This document shows, piece after piece, positions 44,216 to 53,139 of a DNA stretch of 64,000 nucleotides. The notes beneath the pieces were generated by a model. That model made no database searches. It saw only the letters and a list, made by a program, of their open reading frames with translations, and was not told where the DNA came from. The position numbers were made by a program, and so were the translations under genes. Each line of letters starts with the position of its first letter. The first letter of the stretch is position 1. Origin of the DNA: Vicinamibacterales bacterium (GTDB taxonomy: Bacteria > Acidobacteriota > Vicinamibacteria > Vicinamibacterales > UBA2999); the NCBI GenBank assembly GCA_040081265.1, contig JBEBGV010000003.1, positions 73,781 through 137,780 of the forward strand, given 5' to 3'.

Positions 44216-47200
44216 ATGGTCGGGACAGGTGGACTGATGACTCACGCACGTGCTCTTCTGGTCTTTTCGTCGGCGTCCGCCGACGCACGTCTCCACGCCG
44301 CCCACTCCGCACTCGCCCCGGTCGCTCAGCATCCCCGCATCACTATCATTGGTGCGTCTCGGGGTGCTGCCGACGATTTCGCGCGGCGGCTGGCGTCTGA
44401 GGCGGCTTCGACCTTCGGCATTGCCCGCTTCAGCCTGACGCAGTTCGCCGCCAGGACGGCCCTGCTCACCCTCGCTCGACAGGGATCGACGCCGTCCACC
44501 TCGCTGGTGACCGAAGCCGTCTCCACTCGGGCGGCGTTCGATGCGGCGCAGGCTGCTACGCTCGGGTACTTCGGCGCCGTGGCCCGCACACCGGGCTTTC
44601 CCCGAGCGCTCGCCCGGACACTGGGCGAGCTGCGGGGCGCGGACCTGAATGCGACGGCCGTGCAGCCGGTGTCGCGGGTTGGCGCCGACCTCGCGCGCCT
44701 GCTCGAGCACTTCGAGCGCGCGATCGCCGACGCCGGAACATCGGATCGCGCGCATCTGTTCCAGGTCGCGACGATGTGTCTGCTGTCGAGCCATCCGGGT
44801 GGCACGTTCGTGCTGCTGGATGTGCCTGTTCTCGATCGTGTCGAACGTCGACTGGTCGAGGCTATCCTCGGCGGCGCCACAACGGTCGTAGCCACGATCC
44901 CGCCCGGTGATGACACCGAGGCGATGTTTCTCTCACAAGGCGCGACGATCGATCCGGGGCCTGACGAGAGTGACGGAGACCTCGCGCGCCTCCGCCGCTA
45001 TCTGTTCGTGGCCGATGCGACGCCCGGACGCCGGACACTCGACGGGTCCCTCGAGCTGTTCTCTGCGCCGGGCGAAGGGCGTGAGGCAGTCGAAATTGCG
45101 CGGCGGGTCATGCGGGAGGCGAAGCGCGGAGTGAGGTTCGACGAGATGGCGATCCTCGTGCGAGCTCCGCACTCGTACTTCGGGTTGCTCGAGCACGCCA
45201 TGGCTCGCGCGGGAATTCCCGTCTGGTTCGATCACGGTACGCGTCGCCCTCATCCAGCGGGAAGAGCGTTTCTCGCCCTGCTGGCCTGTGCTGCCGACCG
45301 TGTGTCGGCGGTGCGCTTTGCGGAGTATCTGTCGCTTGGACAGGTGCCTGGTGATGGCACCGGTGACAAGACGTGGAATGAGCCGGAGGACGAGGTGTCC
45401 TGGCGGCAGCCGGAGCGAGCGGACGACGAACTCGAACTCGAGGCGGTCGAGTCGCGACGCGATCCCGCTGACATGACCGCGCCCGTGATTGCCGGAACGT
45501 TACGGGCACCCTGGCGCTGGGAGTCGCTGATCGTTGACGCGCGGGTAATCGGCGGGGGCGGGGCACGATGGCAACGCCGATTCGAGGGGCATCGCCGGGA
45601 ACTCACGCGGCGGCTGGTCGACGCAGAGAAGGACGAGGGCGCACCGGAGTCTGAGAGCGCTGCCGGCCGCGCTATCAGGGCCACACTCGATCAGCTGGTG
45701 CATCTCGAGCGTTTTGCGCTGCCCATTGTCGAGACACTCGAGCGGTGGTCGGTGGCGGCGACCTGGGGTGAATGGCTCGATCGTCTGCTGAGCCTTGCAC
45801 CGCGAGTGTTGTCCCGCCCGGCATCGGTCCTGCGCGTCCTCGGCGAACTGCGGCCGATGGCCGGCGTCGGCCCGGTTCAGCTCGACGAGGTCAGGCGGGT
45901 CCTTGCCGACCGGCTGCTGACCGTCGAGGCCCAGCCGCCCTCGAGGCGCTATGGGCGCGTCTTTGTGGGCACGCCCCATCAGGTGCGCGGTCGTCACTTC
46001 AGGGTCGTGTTCGTTCCTGGTCTCGCCGAGCGTCTCTTTCCGCAGAAGCCGCGCGAGGACCCGCTGCTGCTCGACACCCTGCGTCTCTCGCTCGCGTCCG
46101 ATCTGTCCACCGAAACACGACGCATCGCGACCGAACGACAGTTCCTGCGGCTGGCGGTAGGCGCCGCATCCGAGCGTCTCTGCGTCTCGTACCCGCGCCT
46201 CGAGATCAGCGAGGCCCGCGCCAGGGTCCCGTCGTTCTATGCCCTCGACCTTCTGAGGGCCGCCACCGGCGAGATTCCATCCCACGAGCGACTCCAGGAC
46301 GACGCCCGCAAGGCGGGGGGAGCGATGCTCGCGTGGCCAGCGCCCTCGGACCCTCGCGTGGCGATCGATGACATGGAGCACGACCTGGCGGTGGTCCGTC
46401 GTCTGCTCGATGACCGTTCGCCTGAATCGGTCCGGGGGCATGCGCACTATCTGCTGAGCATGAGCGAGCCTCTCCGGCGCTCGGTCATCGAGCGGTGGCG
46501 GCGCGGGCGTGATGACTGGTCGCCGGCCGATGGCCTGATGCGCGTCACGGCGTCGACGTCGGACGCGTTGGCCGCCAGCAGGTTGACGTCGCGCGCCTAC
46601 TCGCTGTCCGCGCTTCAGCGGTTTGCGGCCTGTCCATACCAGTTCGTGTTGTCGGCGATCTTCAAGCTTCAGCCGCTCGAGGAGCCGGCACCGCTCGAGC
46701 GCATGGATCCGATGACGCGTGGCAGTCTCGTGCACGAAGTGATGGCCCAGCTCATGCGGGAGCTTCGGGAGCAACGGGCACTTCCCCTGTCAGCGACCTC
46801 CGTGCCTGCGGCGGCGAGGCGTCTCGATGCGGTGATCGATCGGGTAGCCGGACGTGCCCGGGAGGAACTGGCGCCCGCCATCGATCGCGTCTGGTCTGAC
46901 GACGTCGCGTCCATGCGTCGCGACCTTCACGGGTGGCTCGCGCGGATGGCCGGTGAGGCCGACTGGGTGCCCACCTACTTCGAGTACGGCTTTGGCCGGA
47001 TTCCAGGTGAGCGTGATCCCGCCAGCTCGCCCGAGCCGGTCGAACTCGATGGCGGCTTCTCGTTGCGAGGGGCCATCGACCTGATCGAAACGCACGCGAC
47101 CAGCGGTGAACTGCGCGTGACCGACTACAAGACTGGCCGCGTGCCAGACAGGCTTGCCGGTCTCGTAACCGGCGGAGGCCGTGTGCTCCAGCCGCTGCTC

Positions 47201-47509
47201 TATGCGCTGGCCGCCGAACGTGCGTTGGGGCAACCGGCGCGCGAAGGGCGATTGTTCTACTGCACGACAACCGGAAGTTTTGTTTCCCATCACGTGCGGC
47301 TCGACGACAGTACCCGCCGGGCCGGGAGCGAGGTGCTCGAAATCATCGATCGTGCGGTTTCGACGGGCACCCTGATGGCCGCGCCGGCCGACCGGGCGTG
47401 CGAGCACTGCGACTTCACCGCCGTCTGTGGTTCGGAGGTGGCCAGGCGCGTTGAGCACAAGAAGCAGCGCCCGCTGGCCGATCTTGTCGAACTGAGGAGC
47501 CGCAAGTGA
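44216..47509 (+). CDS. addB: AddB-type PD-(D/E)XK nuclease subunit of a helicase-nuclease
   Basis: 1097 aa. C-terminal RecB-family nuclease motif (GAIDLIE...VTDYKTG) and AddB-type Fe-S cysteines (C...CEHCDFTAVC = CX2CX5C). The N-terminal P-loop is degenerate (IIGASRGAADDF). Confidence 0.85.
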   Translation: MVGTGGLMTHARALLVFSSASADARLHAAHSALAPVAQHPRITIIGASRGAADDFARRLASEAASTFGIARFSLTQFAARTALLTLARQGSTPSTSLVTEAVSTRAAFDAAQAATLGYFGAVARTPGFPRALARTLGELRGADLNATAVQPVSRVGADLARLLEHFERAIADAGTSDRAHLFQVATMCLLSSHPGGTFVLLDVPVLDRVERRLVEAILGGATTVVATIPPGDDTEAMFLSQGATIDPGPDESDGDLARLRRYLFVADATPGRRTLDGSLELFSAPGEGREAVEIARRVMREAKRGVRFDEMAILVRAPHSYFGLLEHAMARAGIPVWFDHGTRRPHPAGRAFLALLACAADRVSAVRFAEYLSLGQVPGDGTGDKTWNEPEDEVSWRQPERADDELELEAVESRRDPADMTAPVIAGTLRAPWRWESLIVDARVIGGGGARWQRRFEGHRRELTRRLVDAEKDEGAPESESAAGRAIRATLDQLVHLERFALPIVETLERWSVAATWGEWLDRLLSLAPRVLSRPASVLRVLGELRPMAGVGPVQLDEVRRVLADRLLTVEAQPPSRRYGRVFVGTPHQVRGRHFRVVFVPGLAERLFPQKPREDPLLLDTLRLSLASDLSTETRRIATERQFLRLAVGAASERLCVSYPRLEISEARARVPSFYALDLLRAATGEIPSHERLQDDARKAGGAMLAWPAPSDPRVAIDDMEHDLAVVRRLLDDRSPESVRGHAHYLLSMSEPLRRSVIERWRRGRDDWSPADGLMRVTASTSDALAASRLTSRAYSLSALQRFAACPYQFVLSAIFKLQPLEEPAPLERMDPMTRGSLVHEVMAQLMRELREQRALPLSATSVPAAARRLDAVIDRVAGRAREELAPAIDRVWSDDVASMRRDLHGWLARMAGEADWVPTYFEYGFGRIPGERDPASSPEPVELDGGFSLRGAIDLIETHATSGELRVTDYKTGRVPDRLAGLVTGGGRVLQPLLYALAAERALGQPAREGRLFYCTTTGSFVSHHVRLDDSTRRAGSEVLEIIDRAVSTGTLMAAPADRACEHCDFTAVCGSEVARRVEHKKQRPLADLVELRSRK

Positions 47510-50500
47510 GCGCCCCGCTGTCGATCTCGGACGCGCGTGCCCGCGAGATCATCGCCGGACACCTCGACCAGACGCTCATCGTCGAGGCGGCCGCAGGGAC
47601 AGGCAAGACCACCGAGCTGGTGCATCGAATCATCGGCGTCATCGGTCAGGGCCTGGCTGAGATGCGGGGCATCGTCGCCGTGACGTTTACGGAGAAGGCG
47701 GCAGGAGAACTGCGGCTTCGACTGCGGCAACGGCTCGAACAGGAAACGCGGAAGGCCGCACCCGAGCAGGCCCTGCGCTTCGAGCGCGCCGTCCAGACGC
47801 TCGAAGAAGCGCACGTCAGCACGATCCACGGTTTCTGCGCCGACCTCCTCCGCGAGCGTCCGGTCGAGGCTCGCGTCGACCCGCTGTTCCGTGTGCTGAC
47901 CGAGAGCCAGGCGAACCGTCTCTTGTCTGAGACCTTCGAGCTCTGGCTGCGGGCGAATCTCGAGACGCCTCCAGAAGGTGTCCGCCGTTCGCTGCGGCGT
48001 GCCAGCCGCTGGTCATTCGGGCAGGAAGGGGACGGCCCCGTTGAGCGCCTTCGCAGGGCGGCAATTGATCTGAATCAGTGGCGCGACTTCCGGGCTCCCT
48101 GGCGGCGCGACGCCTTCGACAGGAACGCCGCGATTGCCCGGCTGGTCGATCTCGTCCATGCACTGGCCGACGTCACCGCTTGTGCCACCTCTCATCGAGA
48201 CAATCTCTTTGCCGACAGCGCCCCGGTCAGGGCGTTGAGCGACGAGATCCGCCGGGGCGCCTCGGACGGCCTTCCGCACGACGACGATGGCCTGGAGAGC
48301 CGGCTGGTTGAGCTCTCGCGCAATCGCGACTGGCTCCGCGCGCGGAAGGGGTCCGGCGCTCAGTTTGCGCCAGGCATCCCGAGGATTGGTGTGCTCGAGG
48401 CACGGGACGGGCTGATCGGCGCCTTGCACGACTTTCGTGTTCAGGCGGACGCGGACCTCGCCGCCACGTTGCACACGGAACTGCTGGAGTGCCTTGACGA
48501 ATACGAGCGTCGCAAGGAGGCCGAGGGCGCGCTCGATTTCCTCGACCTGCTGGTTCGAGCCCGCGACCTCGTGCGCCGTGATGGTGAGGTACGGGAGCAC
48601 TTCCAGCAGCGTTTTACCCGCATCTTTGTCGACGAGTTTCAGGACACCGATCCGATTCAGGCAGAGCTGCTCCTGCTCCTGGCGGCAGACGATCCACGGC
48701 AAACGGTGTCCACGTCGGTCCTCCCGGTGCCCGGGAAGCTGTTTGTGGTCGGCGATCCCAAGCAGTCGATCTACCGCTTCCGTCGCGCCGATCTGGCGGT
48801 GTACCGGCAGGTGTGCGGGCAACTCGAGAACGCCGGCGCGATCCGTGTCGAGCTGCGACGGAGCTTTCGCAGCCTGCCAGCCATTCAGCGCTTCGTCAAC
48901 GCGGCGTTCGCACTGGTGATGGACGGCAGCCTTGCACGTGAACAGGCACGCTATGTGGCGCTCGAGAGTGTTCGCGACGAGCCCGACAGCCAGCCTGCTG
49001 TCGTCGCCTTACCTGTTCCGAAGCCCTATGGTCCGCGCGCGGTCAGCGCTACCGCGATCGAGGCCTCTCTGCCTGAGGCCACCGGGGCCTTCATCGACTG
49101 GCTCATCTCCGACAGTGGGTGGACGGTGACCGAGCGTCAGGGCGAGACGTCGGAACGGGTCAAGATCGCCGCGAGGCACATTTGCATCCTGTTTCGACGC
49201 TTCGTCAGCTACGGCGAAGACGTGACCCGACCGTACCTGGACGCACTCGAAGCGCGCGGCGTGTCGCACCTGCTCGTCGGAGGCCGTGCGTTTCACGCGC
49301 GCGAGGAAATCGACACCCTCCGCGCAGCGCTGATGGCGATCGAGTGGCCAGACGACCAGCTGTCAGTGTTCGCGACCCTGCGCGGCGCTCTCTTCGCAAT
49401 CGGCGACGAAGAACTGCTCGAGTATCACCATCTGGGCGGACGGTTCCATCCCTTCAGCCCCGCGATCGAGATGCCCGGACGCCTCGGGCCGGTTCGTGAG
49501 GCGCTCGATTTCCTGGCCGACCTGCACCGGGGGCGTAATCGACGCTCGGTGGCCGACACGATCACCTCGCTGCTTTCGGCGACCAGGGCCCATGTCGGGA
49601 TCGTGCTCAGACCCAATGGCGAGCAGGCGCTGGCGAACATCCTTCACGTAGCCGAGCTGGCGCGGCAGTACGAGATTGAGGGCGGCATGTCGTTTCGCGG
49701 CTTCGTGGACTCGCTTCGCGCCGAGGCGGCGGACGCCCGGTCTGCCGAGGCACCGATTCTTGAAGAGGGCAGCGATGGCGTCCGCCTGATGACGGTGCAC
49801 AAGGCGAAAGGGCTAGAGTTCCCGGTGGTGATCCTCGCCGACATCACCGCGAGGCTGGCTCCCTGGGAGGCCAGCCGTGTGGTCGACGCCAGTCAGGAAC
49901 TGTGCGCCTTGCGGCTTGGCGGCTGCGCGCCGAGCGACCTCGTCGATCGGCAGGAAGATGAACGCGGCCGGGAGCAGGCAGAAGGCGAGCGCCTCGCCTA
50001 CGTGGCGGCCACTCGCGCCCGTGACCTGCTGGTCGTGGCCGGCGTGGGCGATGGACCCTGGGAATCCAGCTGGGTGTCTCCCCTCAACCAGGCCCTCTAT
50101 CCACCGACCGCCATGCGTCGACAGCCGGTCCAGGGGACGGGCTGTCCGGTGTTCTCGAGCAAGGACACGGTGCTCAGCCGACCCGATGGCGACCCTGCGG
50201 GTATCACCACTGTCGCGCCAGGCGAGTACCGCCTCGGCGAGGGTGCGAATCAGTATTCAGTCGTGTGGTGGTCTCCAGAGCCACAGGTGCTCCCGCTCGA
50301 CGCTCCACCCACATTCGGCCTGCGCCGTGAGGACCTGGTCGTCAAGGACGTGCCGCCAGCGACGGTCCAACGGTATCTCGACGACTACCGAGCGTGGGAC
50401 CGTGAAAAGGCCGACGCCATCGCCCGTGCTGCGGTGCCCACGCACGTTGTGCGCACGGCCACCGAGATGTCACTCGACCCGGCACTCGACGATGGCAGTG

Positions 50501-50997
50501 ACGTGACGGTGGAGCAGTTGGAGGTCGAAGCGGATCGTCCGCGCGGCGCTCGATTCGGCTCGCTGGTGCACGCCCTGCTGGCAGACGTGCCTCTGCGCGC
50601 ATCAGACACTGGTGTGGAGGAAGGCGACGCGCTGCGCGCACTGGTTGACGCGCATGGTCGCCTGCTGGGCTCGACCCTGGATGAAATGTCGGCCGCAGAG
50701 CGTGTGGTGTCCCTGGTCCTGCGCCACCCGATCCTCAGGTCCGCAGCCGCCGCAGACGAGCGTGGGGCCTGCTATCGCGAGACGCCGGTGACGACGCGGC
50801 TGGCGTCGGGGACACTGGTCGAGGGGACAGTGGATCTGGCGTTTGACGCTGGCGGAACGTTCATCGTGGTCGACTTCAAGACAGACCAGGACGTCGACGA
50901 GTCGCTGGACGGCTACCGACGGCAGGTGAAGCTGTATGCGTCGGCGGTCGCCGCGGCCAGGGGGTGCCCGGCGCGCGGCGTGCTGATGCGAATCTGA
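47506..50997 (+). CDS. addA: AddA/RecB-type UvrD-family helicase-nuclease subunit
   Basis: 1163 aa. The GTG start overlaps the addB stop (GTGA). Contains AAAGTGKTT (Walker A), FVDEFQDTD, VGDPKQSIYRFR, MTVHKAKGLEF and the C-terminal nuclease motif VDLAF...VVDFKTD. Confidence 0.88.
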   Translation: MSAPLSISDARAREIIAGHLDQTLIVEAAAGTGKTTELVHRIIGVIGQGLAEMRGIVAVTFTEKAAGELRLRLRQRLEQETRKAAPEQALRFERAVQTLEEAHVSTIHGFCADLLRERPVEARVDPLFRVLTESQANRLLSETFELWLRANLETPPEGVRRSLRRASRWSFGQEGDGPVERLRRAAIDLNQWRDFRAPWRRDAFDRNAAIARLVDLVHALADVTACATSHRDNLFADSAPVRALSDEIRRGASDGLPHDDDGLESRLVELSRNRDWLRARKGSGAQFAPGIPRIGVLEARDGLIGALHDFRVQADADLAATLHTELLECLDEYERRKEAEGALDFLDLLVRARDLVRRDGEVREHFQQRFTRIFVDEFQDTDPIQAELLLLLAADDPRQTVSTSVLPVPGKLFVVGDPKQSIYRFRRADLAVYRQVCGQLENAGAIRVELRRSFRSLPAIQRFVNAAFALVMDGSLAREQARYVALESVRDEPDSQPAVVALPVPKPYGPRAVSATAIEASLPEATGAFIDWLISDSGWTVTERQGETSERVKIAARHICILFRRFVSYGEDVTRPYLDALEARGVSHLLVGGRAFHAREEIDTLRAALMAIEWPDDQLSVFATLRGALFAIGDEELLEYHHLGGRFHPFSPAIEMPGRLGPVREALDFLADLHRGRNRRSVADTITSLLSATRAHVGIVLRPNGEQALANILHVAELARQYEIEGGMSFRGFVDSLRAEAADARSAEAPILEEGSDGVRLMTVHKAKGLEFPVVILADITARLAPWEASRVVDASQELCALRLGGCAPSDLVDRQEDERGREQAEGERLAYVAATRARDLLVVAGVGDGPWESSWVSPLNQALYPPTAMRRQPVQGTGCPVFSSKDTVLSRPDGDPAGITTVAPGEYRLGEGANQYSVVWWSPEPQVLPLDAPPTFGLRREDLVVKDVPPATVQRYLDDYRAWDREKADAIARAAVPTHVVRTATEMSLDPALDDGSDVTVEQLEVEADRPRGARFGSLVHALLADVPLRASDTGVEEGDALRALVDAHGRLLGSTLDEMSAAERVVSLVLRHPILRSAAAADERGACYRETPVTTRLASGTLVEGTVDLAFDAGGTFIVVDFKTDQDVDESLDGYRRQVKLYASAVAAARGCPARGVLMRI

Positions 50998-51011
50998 AGG
51001 GCTGCGCGTGC

Positions 51012-51029
51012 CCGCACCTGGAGGTGCGG
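51012..51029. terminator. Hairpin between the convergent addA and ferredoxin genes (possible bidirectional terminator)
   Basis: CCGCACC-TGGA-GGTGCGG. A weak T-rich run (CCTATTTCTT) follows on the plus strand. Confidence 0.4.
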
Positions 51030-51030
51030 C

Positions 51031-51405
51031 CTATTTCTTGGCGTGGGCGGCCGCGCGTTCTGGTGCCGGTACCTGCATGAGATCGGCGCGCGCGCTGGCG
51101 TGCTGCGCCACGATGCTCTCTGCCTTGGCGACGGTCTCGGCTTCTCCAGCGCGATAAATGGTGTTGGCCTCGATCAGCGCCTTCTGGCTCGACGGGGTCG
51201 CCTCCGGGCCGTCGTAGATCGCGGCGACTGGACAGGCTGGCACGCACGCACCGCAGTCGATGCACTCATCGGGATGGATGTAGAGCATCCGCGTGGTGGC
51301 AAACTCGGGCTCGTCTTTCCGCGGGTGGATGCAGTCCACCGGGCAGACGTCAACGCATGCCGTGTCCTTGGTGTCGATACAGGGGTCGGTGATGATGTAG
51401 GCCAT
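51031..51405 (-). CDS. fdxA: 7Fe-type ferredoxin (3Fe-4S + 4Fe-4S)
   Basis: 124 aa. [28 protein letters not shown]...[13 protein letters not shown]. Confidence 0.9.
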   Translation of the reverse strand: MAYIITDPCIDTKDTACVDVCPVDCIHPRKDEPEFATTRMLYIHPDECIDCGACVPACPVAAIYDGPEATPSSQKALIEANTIYRAGEAETVAKAESIVAQHASARADLMQVPAPERAAAHAKK

Positions 51406-51459
51406 TCCGTCTGAGCTTACACAAAACTGCGGCGTGTGGGCTAGATCTGCGAGGGCTTG

Positions 51460-52113
51460 CTAGTAGCGCCGCTTCTGTGCTCGGACGAGGTCGAACTTGG
51501 CGGTATCGGCCACCGCCATGACCGCCATCACCCCCGCCTGAATGGGATCGCTCACGACCAGGTCGGCTGCATCGGGAACACCGCCGGCCATGTTCAGCGA
51601 GATGACCCGCACCCCGCCCTGACGGATGTCTTCGACCGCCCGGGTGATCTCGCCACCCATGAGCGACCCGGCCAGGACGAGCAGCTTGACGCGCGGCAGG
51701 CGCATGACCGCCCGCACGGCCGCAGCCAGTTCGTGTTCACCGACGAGAGGAATCGTGTCGATGGAGATGCGTTCGCCTCGGATGTTGTGCCGATCGGCCT
51801 CGGCGATGGCACCGAGTGCCACCTGGCCGACCTGGGCGCCGCCGCCCATGATGATGATGCGCTTCCCGTAGATTTTCGCGAAGGAGGGCGTTTCCTCGAC
51901 GCGTGTCACGCCCTCGACCTGGCGCAGGTCGCTGATGACGCCCTCGACGGGTTCCTCGATCGCAAACTCGAGATAGACCTCCGCCTGGTCTGTGGTCGCG
52001 TGCATGTCGACATACCGGATGTTGGCCTGGTGTTCAGCGAGAACCCGCGTCAGCCCGAAGAGCATGCCGGGTCGGTCGCTGACCGTGGCGAGAACGGCGT
52101 GCTGCGTGGCCAC
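51460..52113 (-). CDS. ACT-domain protein with a C-terminal Rossmann-like module
   Basis: 217 aa. The N-terminus VLATVSDRPGMLFGLTRVLAEHQANI fits an ACT fold. This is followed by IIIMGGGAQVGQVA. Confidence 0.8.
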   Translation of the reverse strand: MATQHAVLATVSDRPGMLFGLTRVLAEHQANIRYVDMHATTDQAEVYLEFAIEEPVEGVISDLRQVEGVTRVEETPSFAKIYGKRIIIMGGGAQVGQVALGAIAEADRHNIRGERISIDTIPLVGEHELAAAVRAVMRLPRVKLLVLAGSLMGGEITRAVEDIRQGGVRVISLNMAGGVPDAADLVVSDPIQAGVMAVMAVADTAKFDLVRAQKRRY

Positions 52114-52115
52114 GG

Positions 52116-52661
52116 CTAGCGGGGACGCCCGGGAAGGGTCCAGAAGTAGACGTGGGTGCGCTCGACGAGCACGTCCTCGTCGGCTGCCCAGGTGCCGATC
52201 GGAAACCGGTGAGACACGATGCGCGATCCTGGTCGAAGCTCCCGCTTGAGCTTTGATTCAAGCCGAAGGTTGATAGACGGTGACAGGTAGAGGGTCACGA
52301 CGGTGGCCGGAGACAGGTCGGTCGTGAAGAGGTCGGACTGTGTGAACGTCACCCGATCCTGGACGCCGGCCTTTTCGGCCGCCGAACGGGCGCGCTTGAC
52401 CAGTTCGGGGTCTAGTTCCACGCCGACGCCCCTGGCGCCATACTCCTTCGCTGCGGTGATGACGATCCGCCCGTCACCGGAGCCCAGGTCGTAGACCACA
52501 TCCTGCGGCGTCACCTTCGCCAGCTTCAGCATGGTGTCGACGACAGCCGTGGGAGTCGGCACGTAATGGATGTCGAGCGAGGGCGCTTTCGTCTGGGCCC
52601 ACGTCACCGCAGAGCACCCGAGTGCGACAGACAGAGCCAGCAGTGATCTCGGCACGCGCAT
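52116..52661 (-). CDS. Class I SAM-dependent methyltransferase with an N-terminal signal peptide
   Basis: 181 aa. MRVPRSLLALSVALGCSAVTWAQ, then YVPTPTAVVDTML...VVYDLGSGDGRIVITAA (motif I). Confidence 0.8.
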   Translation of the reverse strand: MRVPRSLLALSVALGCSAVTWAQTKAPSLDIHYVPTPTAVVDTMLKLAKVTPQDVVYDLGSGDGRIVITAAKEYGARGVGVELDPELVKRARSAAEKAGVQDRVTFTQSDLFTTDLSPATVVTLYLSPSINLRLESKLKRELRPGSRIVSHRFPIGTWAADEDVLVERTHVYFWTLPGRPR

Positions 52662-52713
52662 GACGCCCGATTGTACGCTGGACTGCGTCCCCAGACGCTA
52701 GAATGGCGCCATC

Positions 52714-53139
52714 ATGCGAGGTTGTCCTTCCTTCACGGCGCTGTGCGGTGTGGCCATGCTGGCCCTCGTTGGCGGCGGGTTTTCAGCTGCAGCCGCGTCG
52801 CCGCAGACGCCACCCGCGCGCTCGGTTCGAGAGGGCGTCTACACCGCGGCGCAGGCCGAGCGTGGTGAAAGAATCTTCATGAACATCTGCAGCGAATGCC
52901 ACAGCGGGCGCTTATGGGGGCTGGACTGGGAGACAAAGACGCTGGCCGATGTCTACGACTTCATCAGCCGCTTCATGCCCGAATCTGCTCCGGGGTCATT
53001 GAGCGCGCCGCAGGTGCGCGATGCGATGGCGTACATCCTGTCCACGAACGAGCTTCCGGCTGGCTCGTCCGAGATTCCTGTCAGCGTCGACGAGCTGAAG
53101 CAGATCAGGATTGAACCGGCTCCGACTACTCGACGATGA
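52714..53139 (+). CDS. Exported mono-haem c-type cytochrome
   Basis: 141 aa, a signal peptide, and a single CSECH (CXXCH) motif. Confidence 0.8.
   Translation: MRGCPSFTALCGVAMLALVGGGFSAAAASPQTPPARSVREGVYTAAQAERGERIFMNICSECHSGRLWGLDWETKTLADVYDFISRFMPESAPGSLSAPQVRDAMAYILSTNELPAGSSEIPVSVDELKQIRIEPAPTTRR

Noticed and set aside
53126-53139. The 14-nt overlap of the convergent 3' ends of the cytochrome c gene and the 1011-aa gene as a regulatory antisense arrangement.
   Set aside because: Short convergent overlaps are common in compact GC-rich genomes, and no additional structure supports a special role.
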